Assembly: GCA_047495785.1 (NCBI GenBank)
Contig: JBLDXI010000060.1
Span: forward strand, 62,001-126,000
From: Lepidodermella squamata
Taxonomy: Eukaryota; Animalia; Gastrotricha
Length of the DNA stretch: 64,000 bases
Direction: 5' to 3'
Positions 63,898 to 64,000 of this stretch are shown piece after piece. The position numbers were made by a program, and so were the translations under genes. The notes under the pieces were generated by a model that did no database searches, was not told the origin of the DNA, and was given only the letters and a program-made list of their open reading frames with translations. Position 1 is the first letter of the stretch. Each line of letters begins with the position of its first letter.

Positions 63898-64000
63898 TTT
63901 TTCTTTGCTGAAATTTGGCTGCCTTTCCAGGGCTGAGATGGATTTTCTACATTATACATGGTTGTCGAGGCGGGTTTTTTTTTTAAATAAATCAATCTGA

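Noticed and set aside
1-64000. tRNA, rRNA or other structured RNA genes, and species identification
   Set aside because: None recognisable by eye. Splice acceptors vary (CAG/TAG/AAG), so a nematode-type TTTCAG genome is not supported and the taxon is left open.

Overview
Compact, intron-containing eukaryotic DNA, most likely from an invertebrate animal (GT-AG introns of about 50-56 bp). The left third (1-21 kb) is rich in transposons. It holds a Helitron RepHel reading frame running off the left edge, several MITEs, and an apparently intact 7.34-kb EnSpm/CMC-type element (CCC termini, TA target duplication) encoding a transposase and a BEN-domain protein. That element sits inside an exon of a Sushi/LamG-like/mucin/SEA cell-surface gene, which has a tandem paralog. 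From 21.7 kb to the end is the main feature: a same-strand tandem array of about 19 full-length or near-full-length divergent Cys-loop (pentameric ligand-gated ion channel) genes plus 3-4 relics. About 13 look intact and about 6 are disabled. Each has two exons, split by the same phase-2 intron inside the Cys-loop. They lack the loop-C vicinal cysteines and the loop-A tyrosine, have almost no M3-M4 intracellular domain, carry an unusual P-D-R pore-entry motif, and have ligand-binding regions that diverge much faster than the pore. This is the profile expected of an independently evolved ionotropic chemoreceptor family. Embedded in the array are three tandem SGNH-hydrolase-like genes and a PPxY-bearing type I membrane protein. 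Several intergenic gaps are only 50-130 bp, which hints at operon-like transcription. Exon boundaries were read by eye and no database searches were possible.
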